Below, piece by piece: positions 16,857-24,374 of a DNA stretch of 37,619 bases (the stretch's first letter is position 1; each line of letters opens with the position of its first letter). The notes beneath the pieces were generated by a model. The model made no database searches and was not told the origin of the DNA. It saw nothing but the letters and a program-made list of their open reading frames with translations. This stretch comes from an uncultured Candidatus Saccharibacteria bacterium. GTDB lineage: Bacteria > Patescibacteriota > Doudnabacteria > UBA920. Location: the NCBI GenBank assembly GCA_964524735.1, contig CAZGCV010000003.1, positions 7,637-45,255 of the forward strand. The letters are read 5' to 3'. Position numbers and translations under genes: made by a program.

Positions 16857-18371
16857 ATGACAGAAAATAACAAGACAATCCGTACCAGATTTGCCCCTAG
16901 TCCGACAGGCTTTGTTCATGTTGGTAATTTTCGAACAGCTTTATTTAGTTTTTTGTTTGCGCGTCACAACGGCGGCACAAGTATTTTACGCGTAGAAGAT
17001 ACTGACCAGTCTCGATTTGTTGAAGGTGCAATGGAAAACATGATTTCTGTATTATCTCGCATGGGAGTTGAATTTGATGAAGGTGTTGTTTTTGAAAACG
17101 GACATCTCACAGAAAAAGGGGATAAAGGACCTTATACTCAATCGCACCGCTTAGATATTTATAAAAAATACGCAGAAGAATTATTGTCTGCAAAAAAAGT
17201 CTACTATTGTTTTTGCAGTCCAGAACGTTTAGACGAAGTCAGAAAAGAGCAAATGGCTTTAAAAAAGCCTGCTATGTATGACAGGTTTTGCCGTAACCTT
17301 TCTGATGCAGAAATTTCACAAAAAATGTCTGAGCTTGAATCTTCTGGTAAAAGTCCGGTTGTTCGTCAAGCAAATCCACTTGAAGGTAAAACTGTTGTGC
17401 ATGATTTAGTGTACGGAGATATTGTGTATGACAATTCAATTCTTGATGATCATGTTCTGATTAAATCAGATGGATTTCCAACTTATCATTTTGCTGTTGT
17501 GGTTGATGATCATTTAATGGAAATTTCACATGTCATTCGAGGAGAGGAATGGTTGCCGTCTGCGCCTAAGCATGTTTTGCTGTATCAGGCGTTTGGTTGG
17601 CAAGCACCTGCGTTTGCTCATATGCCATTAATTTTGAATCCAGATAAATCTAAACTTTCTAAACGCCAAGGTGATGTTGCTGTAGAAGATTTTTTGAAAA
17701 AGGGTTATTTGCCAGAAGCTTTGACTAACTTTGTAGCATTCTTGGGCTGGAATCCTAAAACTGAGCAAGAACTTTTCTCTATGCAAGATCTAATTGAAAG
17801 CTTTGATTTGGCAAAGGTGAATAAGTCAGGGGCAGTTTTTGATATTGCCAAGCTAGATTGGATTAATGGTGAATATATTCGTGCAAAGTCTAACTCCGAA
17901 CTTGTTGAATTAGTCAAACCTTACTGGCAAGAATCAGGTTTTGATCTCGCTAAGTTTGATAATAGCTATCTGGAAGGTATTATGGCTTTGGAGAAAGATC
18001 GTCTGAAAAAACTTTCTGAAATCTCTGAACGAACTAAATATTTCTTTAACTCACCGGAAATTGATGCAACGAAATTAGTTTGGAAAAAATCTACTCCTAA
18101 AGAAACTCAGCAGAATCTGCGTTTGCTTCAAGATCTGTTTCGTATTCAATCAGATGATGTAATGGGAGATATAACAAAGCTGGAAGAGGTAACAAAAGCT
18201 TTCATTGCTGAACACGAATTTGATAATGGATCTATCCTTTGGCCGTTGCGATATGTGATGACAGGAGAAGACCGAAGCCCGAGTCCTTTTGAAGTTACAG
18301 CAACCGTATTTCAAGGATGGGGTAGGGAAGAGGTAATGTCCCGCTTAGAAAAAGGCATTTCTATATTATAG
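16857..18371 (+). CDS. gltX: glutamyl-tRNA synthetase
   Basis: RFAPSPTGFVHVGNFRTALF (HIGH region), KLSKRQG (KMSKS). 504 aa. Confidence 0.93.
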   Translation: MTENNKTIRTRFAPSPTGFVHVGNFRTALFSFLFARHNGGTSILRVEDTDQSRFVEGAMENMISVLSRMGVEFDEGVVFENGHLTEKGDKGPYTQSHRLDIYKKYAEELLSAKKVYYCFCSPERLDEVRKEQMALKKPAMYDRFCRNLSDAEISQKMSELESSGKSPVVRQANPLEGKTVVHDLVYGDIVYDNSILDDHVLIKSDGFPTYHFAVVVDDHLMEISHVIRGEEWLPSAPKHVLLYQAFGWQAPAFAHMPLILNPDKSKLSKRQGDVAVEDFLKKGYLPEALTNFVAFLGWNPKTEQELFSMQDLIESFDLAKVNKSGAVFDIAKLDWINGEYIRAKSNSELVELVKPYWQESGFDLAKFDNSYLEGIMALEKDRLKKLSEISERTKYFFNSPEIDATKLVWKKSTPKETQQNLRLLQDLFRIQSDDVMGDITKLEEVTKAFIAEHEFDNGSILWPLRYVMTGEDRSPSPFEVTATVFQGWGREEVMSRLEKGISIL

Positions 18372-18376
18372 TGCTT

Positions 18377-18409
18377 ATTTCTCTAAATTATTCCCGAATT
18401 TAGAGAAAT
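18377..18409 (+). terminator. perfect 13-bp AT-rich inverted repeat between gltX and the hydrolase operon (terminator and/or operator)
   Basis: ATTTCTCTAAATT (18377..18389), 7-nt loop, AATTTAGAGAAAT (18397..18409). No T-run follows, and it abuts the -10 box at 18413. Confidence 0.35.
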
Positions 18410-18412
18410 ATA

Positions 18413-18421
18413 TGCTATAAT
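18413..18421 (+). promoter_or_regulatory. extended -10 box (TGCTATAAT) 7 nt upstream of the ATG at 18429
   Basis: Exact TGnTATAAT, with 7 nt to the start codon and no SD. Confidence 0.4.
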
Positions 18422-18428
18422 AATAGTA

Positions 18429-19724
18429 ATGTTGAATCAGAAACTTGAAACTAAAACTATCTTAAAAATATCAGGAATAGCCGCGTTAATTGGCTTAATT
18501 AGCGTTGGTGTTTTTGTGTTGTCAGCAGAAAAATTGGTTTTTGCTCAAGCAAATCAGCGTGATGTTCTAAATGATAAAATCCAACGTTTGCAACAGCAAA
18601 TTAACGCCTATCAGCAGTCTATTAATACTACTCGTAAGCAAGGAGCTAGCTTGCAGAATGAGATCAATATTTACGATAATCAGATTGCTTCTTTAGAATT
18701 ACAAATTCAGGCAAATCAAACTCAAACTGAAGATACAAATTTGCAAATTAATGAGCTGCAAACTCAGATTGATAGACGTAAAGTTGAAATTGAAGAGAAT
18801 AAATTAATATTAGGTTCTTTGGTTCGTCAAATTGCTGAATTAGACACCAACTCTTTTGTTCAAATCGGTTTAGGTACAGATAATTTTTCTGCATTTTTGG
18901 ATCAAATTCAATATAGTAGAAGCGTGTCTCAACAGGTTTACACTTTGGTTGCAAAAATTAAAGAAATTAAATCTAAATTAGAAACTCAGCAAGCAGACTT
19001 AAAGAAATCTTTAGAAAAACTTAAAGAGCTTGCAGGTCAACTGGCAATCGCAGAAGAAGCTTTAAATGAAGACCGTACTGCTAAATCAGCATTGCTTGCG
19101 CAGACTAAAGGCGTAGAAAAAAATTATCAGAACCTTTTGAAAGGTGCTTCTGCGGAACAAGATAAAATTCAAGCTGAATTATATAATTTAGACAATGCTG
19201 CTAGAGGTCGTGCTGGTAACCCAAGTATTTCTGCTAAGAAAGGTGTATTAGCTTGGCCGATGGATGGTGTGTTAACACAAGGTTATGGAAATACTGGTTT
19301 TACTTCTTTGGGCTACAATTTTCATAATGGTATAGACGTTGCTGCTCCCGCAGGAAAACCTATTTATGCTGCAGCGGATGGTACTGTTGCGCATTGTAAT
19401 TCAAGCCAGCAAGCGTATGGAAACTGGTGTACTATTTATCATACTGTAGATACTAATAATGGTGCGAGAGATATTGTGACTTTGTATGCACATATGCGCT
19501 CATATTTAATTGCGCCTGGGCAAGCTGTAAAAATGGGTGACTTAATTGGTTATGAAGGAAACACTGGTAATACAACCCGTTTGCTTTATGGCCCAGAACG
19601 AGGTTATCATTTACACTTTACAGTGTTCGATCGTAAGGGATATACAGTAACGAAGGGATCTTATGGTAATTACTATGTGCCGTCTGGAGCAACCTATAAT
19701 CCACTTAGCTTCTTAGGAAAATGA
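18429..19724 (+). CDS. coiled-coil M23 (LytM-type) peptidoglycan endopeptidase, EnvC/PcsB-like architecture
   Basis: N-terminal anchor, about 230 aa of Q/L/E-rich coiled coil, then an M23 domain with intact HNGIDV (HxxxD) and YHLHF (HxH). Confidence 0.85.
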   Translation: MLNQKLETKTILKISGIAALIGLISVGVFVLSAEKLVFAQANQRDVLNDKIQRLQQQINAYQQSINTTRKQGASLQNEINIYDNQIASLELQIQANQTQTEDTNLQINELQTQIDRRKVEIEENKLILGSLVRQIAELDTNSFVQIGLGTDNFSAFLDQIQYSRSVSQQVYTLVAKIKEIKSKLETQQADLKKSLEKLKELAGQLAIAEEALNEDRTAKSALLAQTKGVEKNYQNLLKGASAEQDKIQAELYNLDNAARGRAGNPSISAKKGVLAWPMDGVLTQGYGNTGFTSLGYNFHNGIDVAAPAGKPIYAAADGTVAHCNSSQQAYGNWCTIYHTVDTNNGARDIVTLYAHMRSYLIAPGQAVKMGDLIGYEGNTGNTTRLLYGPERGYHLHFTVFDRKGYTVTKGSYGNYYVPSGATYNPLSFLGK

Positions 19725-20857
19725 TGAAATCCTTGGTCACAAGGCGGGTTGGTCGAATTCTACTTAGTTCATTTTTAGTGCTGCAGATTTTTTTGGGACA
19801 AGCAGGGCAACTTGTTTTTCCAGTGCAGCAGGCGCAGGCGCAAGGGTTACTAAATCCTTTGGATCCTGATGTGCCTAGGACAAACGTTGAAGTCCCACAA
19901 TACACTGGGCGAGGCGTTGAAGAAAGTATTAAAGCATATTTGTGTGTTCCTGATGAATCAAATTTAGGAACGGCTTTGTATACATGTATAACAAAGTTAT
20001 ATAGATTTGGTATTGCTTTTGGTTCTATTGCTTTGGTGTTCTTTGTTGTTTACGCTGGCTATATTTATATGACTGGTGGTGAAGCTGCTAAGAAGAAGGC
20101 TAAAAGCGGTTTATTTAGTTCGTTAATAGGAATGGGTGTTATTTTGTCGAGTTTCGTTTTACTCAGTTTTATTAACCCAGAACTCATTAGGATAAAACCA
20201 ATTCAACCGCCAATTTTTACTGCTAGTAGCTTACCTTCCTGTGAGTCTGTTGGCTTTGGTGCAAATTGTATTTTACCTAGCGGGCAGGTTCATTATGCGG
20301 GTGGTAGTGGGGGCGGTGCAACTGGGAATATGCGACAGTGGCAGGCGCTTATTACTACTAATGCTCAAGCACAGGGAATCGAATATTGCGCATTGTATGC
20401 TCTAGTAGAATTAGAATCATCTGCTAATCATTTGATAGTTTCTAATGGACCTCCTCGTACTGTTAACCCTAATCATTCTGATAAAAAGTTTTATGGCTTA
20501 CCTTTTACTCGTGCTGCTACAGGAAGCTCTATTAGAGGGCATGGGATAGGATTGGGACAAATTTTTATTTATGGGCCACCAGGTGGGCCTAGTAATGATA
20601 GATGGCCAGACCCTAGTACTCCGTCTAGAGGTGGTAGGGAGTTTGGATTTGATCGAGCATTAACAATAACTGATTTAATTAATCCTGACACAAACTTAAA
20701 GGCTGCGGCTTATCACTTTGCTAAAGTGAAAATGAGAAACGTAGCACCTGGTAATTACTCACAAGGATACGCTAATTATCATGGGGCTGGTTCTATTAAT
20801 GGTATTAATGTAAAAGAAATTTACCAAACCAAGTATTTAAGATGCAAAGGTTCATAA
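19721..20857 (+). CDS. signal peptide + VirB2/TrbC-pilin-like two-helix module fused to an SLT-type lytic transglycosylase domain
   Basis: Signal peptide ending AQA-QG, then a Cys pair (C75, C89). Two hydrophobic helices are separated by the basic loop TGGEAAKKKAKSG. The C-terminus carries ALVELESSANH (catalytic Glu-Ser), GIGLGQI and NPDTNLKAAAYHF, matching the SLT pattern. ATGA overlap with the M23 gene. Confidence 0.6.
   Translation: MMKSLVTRRVGRILLSSFLVLQIFLGQAGQLVFPVQQAQAQGLLNPLDPDVPRTNVEVPQYTGRGVEESIKAYLCVPDESNLGTALYTCITKLYRFGIAFGSIALVFFVVYAGYIYMTGGEAAKKKAKSGLFSSLIGMGVILSSFVLLSFINPELIRIKPIQPPIFTASSLPSCESVGFGANCILPSGQVHYAGGSGGGATGNMRQWQALITTNAQAQGIEYCALYALVELESSANHLIVSNGPPRTVNPNHSDKKFYGLPFTRAATGSSIRGHGIGLGQIFIYGPPGGPSNDRWPDPSTPSRGGREFGFDRALTITDLINPDTNLKAAAYHFAKVKMRNVAPGNYSQGYANYHGAGSINGINVKEIYQTKYLRCKGS
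19844..20272 (+). repeat. conserved N-terminal module, copy 1 (diverged paralogous duplication with 21454..21876)
   Basis: By manual alignment the ~90-aa core YRFGIAFG...KPIQPPIF...LPSC has about two-thirds identical residues between the two proteins. DNA similarity is visible (tatagatttggtattgcttttgg vs tatagatttggaattgcattcgg). Confidence 0.6.
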
Positions 20858-20858
20858 T

Positions 20859-21371
20859 ATGTTTGATTATATAAAGTCACATTTACATATAATACTTATT
20901 ATTCTAATAATTGTATTTTTATTGATTACAATTGTTGTGTTTTTTATGCCAGCAAATCAAACAACAAATGTGAATGTAGATCAAATAACTCCAGCCGATG
21001 TTGTGGTGTTGAATGAAAATTTATCAGCTGAACAAAAATCTGCAAGTTTAGCAGCATTAGACTATTTATATACTTACGGAAACTACTCCTACGAAGATAA
21101 TAGATTGCAAAGTCTGGATGGTAATGTTACTTCAAGAATGTCTTCATTAGTAAATAATTTAGCGAATGAAATTAATAATAATCCAGATAAATTTTCTACA
21201 TTAGCTCCTGTTAGCGAAAATTACAAAGTTGAATTATCAGGTGATTCAGCAACTGTTACTATACCCGCTATACTGAGTAATAATGAAGTTCAAAATAAGT
21301 CAGTGTTAACACTGGTTACTCTTAAAATGGTTAATTCTTATTGGGTATTAGATGGCTTTGATGTTAACTAG
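20859..21371 (+). CDS. bitopic membrane protein (N-terminal TM anchor + ~135-aa extracytoplasmic domain), unknown function
   Basis: 170 aa. The hydrophobic segment IILIILIIVFLLITIVVFF lies near the N-terminus. Starts 1 nt after the upstream stop and overlaps the downstream gene by 20 nt. Confidence 0.5.
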   Translation: MFDYIKSHLHIILIILIIVFLLITIVVFFMPANQTTNVNVDQITPADVVVLNENLSAEQKSASLAALDYLYTYGNYSYEDNRLQSLDGNVTSRMSSLVNNLANEINNNPDKFSTLAPVSENYKVELSGDSATVTIPAILSNNEVQNKSVLTLVTLKMVNSYWVLDGFDVN

Positions 21372-22353
21372 ATTAAAACAAATATTATTTATTGTCTTGA
21401 TTGCTTTAACACTGGCTAATCCTGTGTTGGCTTTAGCGCAGTCTCAATCACCTGGGTTAGTGAATCCTATTAATCCGCAAGTGCAGACTACAAATGTAGA
21501 TGTGCCGGTTTATCAAAACGTGCAGCAAAGCGTTACAAACTTTTTGTGTACCCCAAGTGAAAATCCCGATGGGCGTGATTTAGAAAGATGTATTAATAAA
21601 GTTTATAGATTTGGAATTGCATTCGGTGCAATCGCTTTAGTATTTTTTGTCGTATTGGCTGGGTACTATTACATTACGGGAGGGGAAAACGGTAAAGGTA
21701 AGGCTAAAGGTATTGTTCAGAATTCTTTAGTAGGTATGGGGTTGTTACTTGGAAGTTATGTGTTGCTTAGATTTATTAATCCAGACTTAGTTGTATTTAA
21801 ACCAATCCAACCGCCAATTTTTTCTGCAGAAGATTTGCCTTCATGTGATGAGATTGGGTTGGGTAATGATTGTGTGATTGTGGCTAGCACTGAGGAGCAA
21901 ACTGATGGTAATACAGGTACTGGCGGTGGTAGTTATGCTGATTGCTCTGGAGGGGTTATACCTATTAGTGGCATACCTAGAGCTGGTAGCGGCACAAGAA
22001 TATGTAAAGAGCTTTCTGATAAAATGGTTCCTTTATTAGCTCAGTTTAAATCGCAAGCGCCTGGTTATTATTTCGCTATATCATCAACTATTAGAAACAC
22101 TAGAGCGGAAAGTAGATGTCACTATGACGGAAACTCAAAAAGCGGAAACTGCGCTGATACTGTTTTAAGAACCACTGCTGGTGCTAAAGTTCCTGGAAGC
22201 AACCCTGCGTGGGGTACTCTTTGCAGGTTGCTGCTCGGTGCTGGGTTATCATTGGCTAATGAAACTGGTTCAGCACATCAAGGTTGTAGAAACCCAACAT
22301 CGTATCAATTTACTAATGGGGCTCATTTCCATGTATATGTACCAGGTAGATAA
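21352..22353 (+). CDS. signal peptide + the same pilin-like two-helix module fused to a Cys-rich, LAS/M15-like putative zinc peptidase domain
   Basis: Signal peptide ending ALA-QS. The N-module is paralogous to 19721..20857. The C-terminus has SSTIRNTRAESRCH...GNCAD...GAHFHVYV, resembling the S.R...H...D...H.H arrangement of LAS (M15/Hedgehog-type) metallopeptidases. The start could also be the ATG at 21361. Confidence 0.45.
   Translation: MALMLTRLKQILFIVLIALTLANPVLALAQSQSPGLVNPINPQVQTTNVDVPVYQNVQQSVTNFLCTPSENPDGRDLERCINKVYRFGIAFGAIALVFFVVLAGYYYITGGENGKGKAKGIVQNSLVGMGLLLGSYVLLRFINPDLVVFKPIQPPIFSAEDLPSCDEIGLGNDCVIVASTEEQTDGNTGTGGGSYADCSGGVIPISGIPRAGSGTRICKELSDKMVPLLAQFKSQAPGYYFAISSTIRNTRAESRCHYDGNSKSGNCADTVLRTTAGAKVPGSNPAWGTLCRLLLGAGLSLANETGSAHQGCRNPTSYQFTNGAHFHVYVPGR
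21454..21876 (+). repeat. conserved N-terminal module, copy 2
   Basis: See 19844..20272. Similarity stops abruptly after the conserved LPSC-x7-C loop. Confidence 0.6.
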
Positions 22354-22441
22354 AAATGTATATTATACGACCGTCATATATAAAAAGTAATATATAAATA
22401 ATCAGGGGAGTGTTATAAAGGGGATAATAAACGATATTAAT

Positions 22442-22470
22442 TTAAAACCGCCAGTCAATGGCGGTTTTAA
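22442..22470. terminator. strong bidirectional rho-independent terminator
   Basis: AAAACCGCC (22444..22452), loop AGTCAAT, GGCGGTTTT (22460..22468), flanked by T/A runs on both sides. Confidence 0.75.
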
Positions 22471-22595
22471 ATATGTCATCATGAAAGATTAATTGCAAAA
22501 GAAATTAAATAGAATAAAAATATAAATTGTATTAACGAAGTTAAATCTACATTTATAGGATTTCAACCTTTTCAATATATACTATGTCGCAGAAG

Positions 22596-22620
22596 ATACA
22601 TTGTGCGACACGCAATGTAT
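22596..22620. other. hairpin in the convergent spacer (possible weak terminator or small-RNA 3' end)
   Basis: ATACATTG (22596..22603) pairs with CAATGTAT (22613..22620), plus 2 further pairs. On the plus strand it is followed by the T-rich TTCGATTTGTCTTGTTG. Confidence 0.25.
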
Positions 22621-22691
22621 TTCGATTTGTCTTGTTGCCTGCTTTGTTCACAGCTGATTATATATAATCAATGAAGGTATTCAAATAAAGT

Positions 22692-23915
22692 TTATATCCT
22701 AAATACTTTTCTAAGCATTGGTATGAGTTCTTCTAATGTTGATATAACGTAATTTATTTGTTGTTTAGAAGTAGACTTACCCATAGTAAATCTTACAGCA
22801 CTATATGAGGCTTGTCGGTTGTGTCCTAAAGCCCTTATGACATGTGATGGATCTGTGCTACTGGTGGCGCATGCGCTTCCTGTTGATACTGCTATTCCCT
22901 TGCTGTCCAAATAAAGCAATAAACTTTCTCCTTCAATACCATCAAAATTAATATTGATGTTGTTTGGTAATCGATTTAATCTTTTATTATTGGATATTAT
23001 TTTAGGACCATTAATAGAAATATCTTTAACTTTTTTAAATAGACGGTCGGCGAAGTATTCTTGTAAAGATACTAATTTGTTTACTTCTTTGATTAAATCC
23101 TTTTGACCGAGCTTAAGGGCTGTGGCAAGACCTACAATTCCGGGAACGTTTTCAGTTCCGCTGCGCAAATTACGCTCTTGCCCGCCACCATGAATTAAAG
23201 GTTTAAGATTAATGCCAGAACGGACAAATAGAATACCAGTTTGTTTTGGACCGTAAATTTTACTGCCGTTAAGTGTGAGTAGGTCGACTTTGAGTTCGTG
23301 TGTATCTAAAGATAGCGCTCCACCAGCTTGGCATGCGTCTGTATGAAAAGCAATGGTGTTTAATTTTTTCTGAACGCGAGCTTTATTTAAACCACTTACC
23401 CACTTCCCTATTTCTTCAATCGGCTCAATGGTACCAATTTCGTTGTTGGCGTACATAATTGAAATTAGCGCCGTATCTTTTTTTACCAACTTTTTAAGTT
23501 CCGCAAGCGAAACAAATCCCTCTTTGTCTACTTTAACAATACTGATTTTCCAACCTTCTTCTTTTAATGAATCAACTGCATGAAGTACAGAATGATGTTC
23601 GATCGCGCTAGTGATAATGTGACCTGGTTTGCCATGCTTATTTTTGTATGCTTTAGCAACTCCAAAAATAGCAAGGTTGTTGCTTTCTGTTCCACCGGCG
23701 GTGAAAATTATTTCCGCAGGTTTGCAATTTAAAATTTCAGAAATTTCAGCACGCGCATTATTGACTGCTGATTTGGCTTCTAATCCAGATTTATATAGCC
23801 CAGAAGGATTGGCGAACTTATCAGACCAGTATGGTTGCATAGCTTTAAGAACACGTGGGTCAACAGGTGTTGTTGCTGCATGATCTAGGTAAACGAGCTT
23901 TTTTGAAGGTTTCAT
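22692..23915 (-). CDS. cysteine desulfurase (class-V aminotransferase, NifS/IscS family)
   Basis: YLDHAATTP, FTAGGTESNN, HTDACQ, the PLP-lysine context LNGSKIYGPK, and the catalytic Cys loop STGSACATSS. Confidence 0.9.
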   Translation of the reverse strand: MKPSKKLVYLDHAATTPVDPRVLKAMQPYWSDKFANPSGLYKSGLEAKSAVNNARAEISEILNCKPAEIIFTAGGTESNNLAIFGVAKAYKNKHGKPGHIITSAIEHHSVLHAVDSLKEEGWKISIVKVDKEGFVSLAELKKLVKKDTALISIMYANNEIGTIEPIEEIGKWVSGLNKARVQKKLNTIAFHTDACQAGGALSLDTHELKVDLLTLNGSKIYGPKQTGILFVRSGINLKPLIHGGGQERNLRSGTENVPGIVGLATALKLGQKDLIKEVNKLVSLQEYFADRLFKKVKDISINGPKIISNNKRLNRLPNNININFDGIEGESLLLYLDSKGIAVSTGSACATSSTDPSHVIRALGHNRQASYSAVRFTMGKSTSKQQINYVISTLEELIPMLRKVFRI

Positions 23916-23922
23916 AGCCTTA

Positions 23923-23931
23923 ATTTTAGCA
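23923..23931 (-). promoter_or_regulatory. extended -10 box (TGCTAAAAT) 7 nt upstream of the desulfurase ATG
   Basis: Reverse complement of 23923..23931 is TGCTAAAAT, with 7 nt (TAAGGCT) to the ATG at 23915. Confidence 0.4.
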
Positions 23932-23941
23932 AAATACAGCT

Positions 23942-24343
23942 TTAGCGACTAGACTTTGTATACCCAGCAGCTTGAGCTTCAGATTCTGTTGCAAAGCATT
24001 GAGCAGCATTTGTTCGGTCATAAAAACTTCCACCAGCAATATGATAAATCTTGCTTTTACTTCCTTTAATTGGACAGTCATTTGTTGCTGTTGTCTGTGT
24101 AGTTTTTGGACTTATATCTGTATTGGTATTTTTAGATTCAGTCTTTTTTTCAGTAGAATTTGTGTTATAATTATTCAAAGTTCTTTTGGTTGGAGCATTC
24201 GAAGTAACTGCATTATTGCTGTACATATTTCCTGCACCGAATCCTGTTGTAAATACTACAACCAAACATGCCGCTGTAATACCAATTGGTTTTACATGAG
24301 CTAATATTTTTTGAAGGTCTAAATTTTTTAAATTATCAAACAT
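23942..24343 (-). CDS. membrane-anchored protein with low-complexity T/N/S linker and a small C-terminal Cys-containing domain (sunset-domain-like)
   Basis: TM segment GITAACLVVVFTTGFGAG. The C-terminus CPIKGSKSKIYHIAGGSFYDRTNAAQCFATESEAQAAGYTKS resembles, from memory, the YH.pg..yY....CF.se.eAq.AGYr motif. Confidence 0.45.
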   Translation of the reverse strand: MFDNLKNLDLQKILAHVKPIGITAACLVVVFTTGFGAGNMYSNNAVTSNAPTKRTLNNYNTNSTEKKTESKNTNTDISPKTTQTTATNDCPIKGSKSKIYHIAGGSFYDRTNAAQCFATESEAQAAGYTKSSR

Positions 24344-24374
24344 AATTATCGGAGGGGTTAATAAAAGGTTACAT

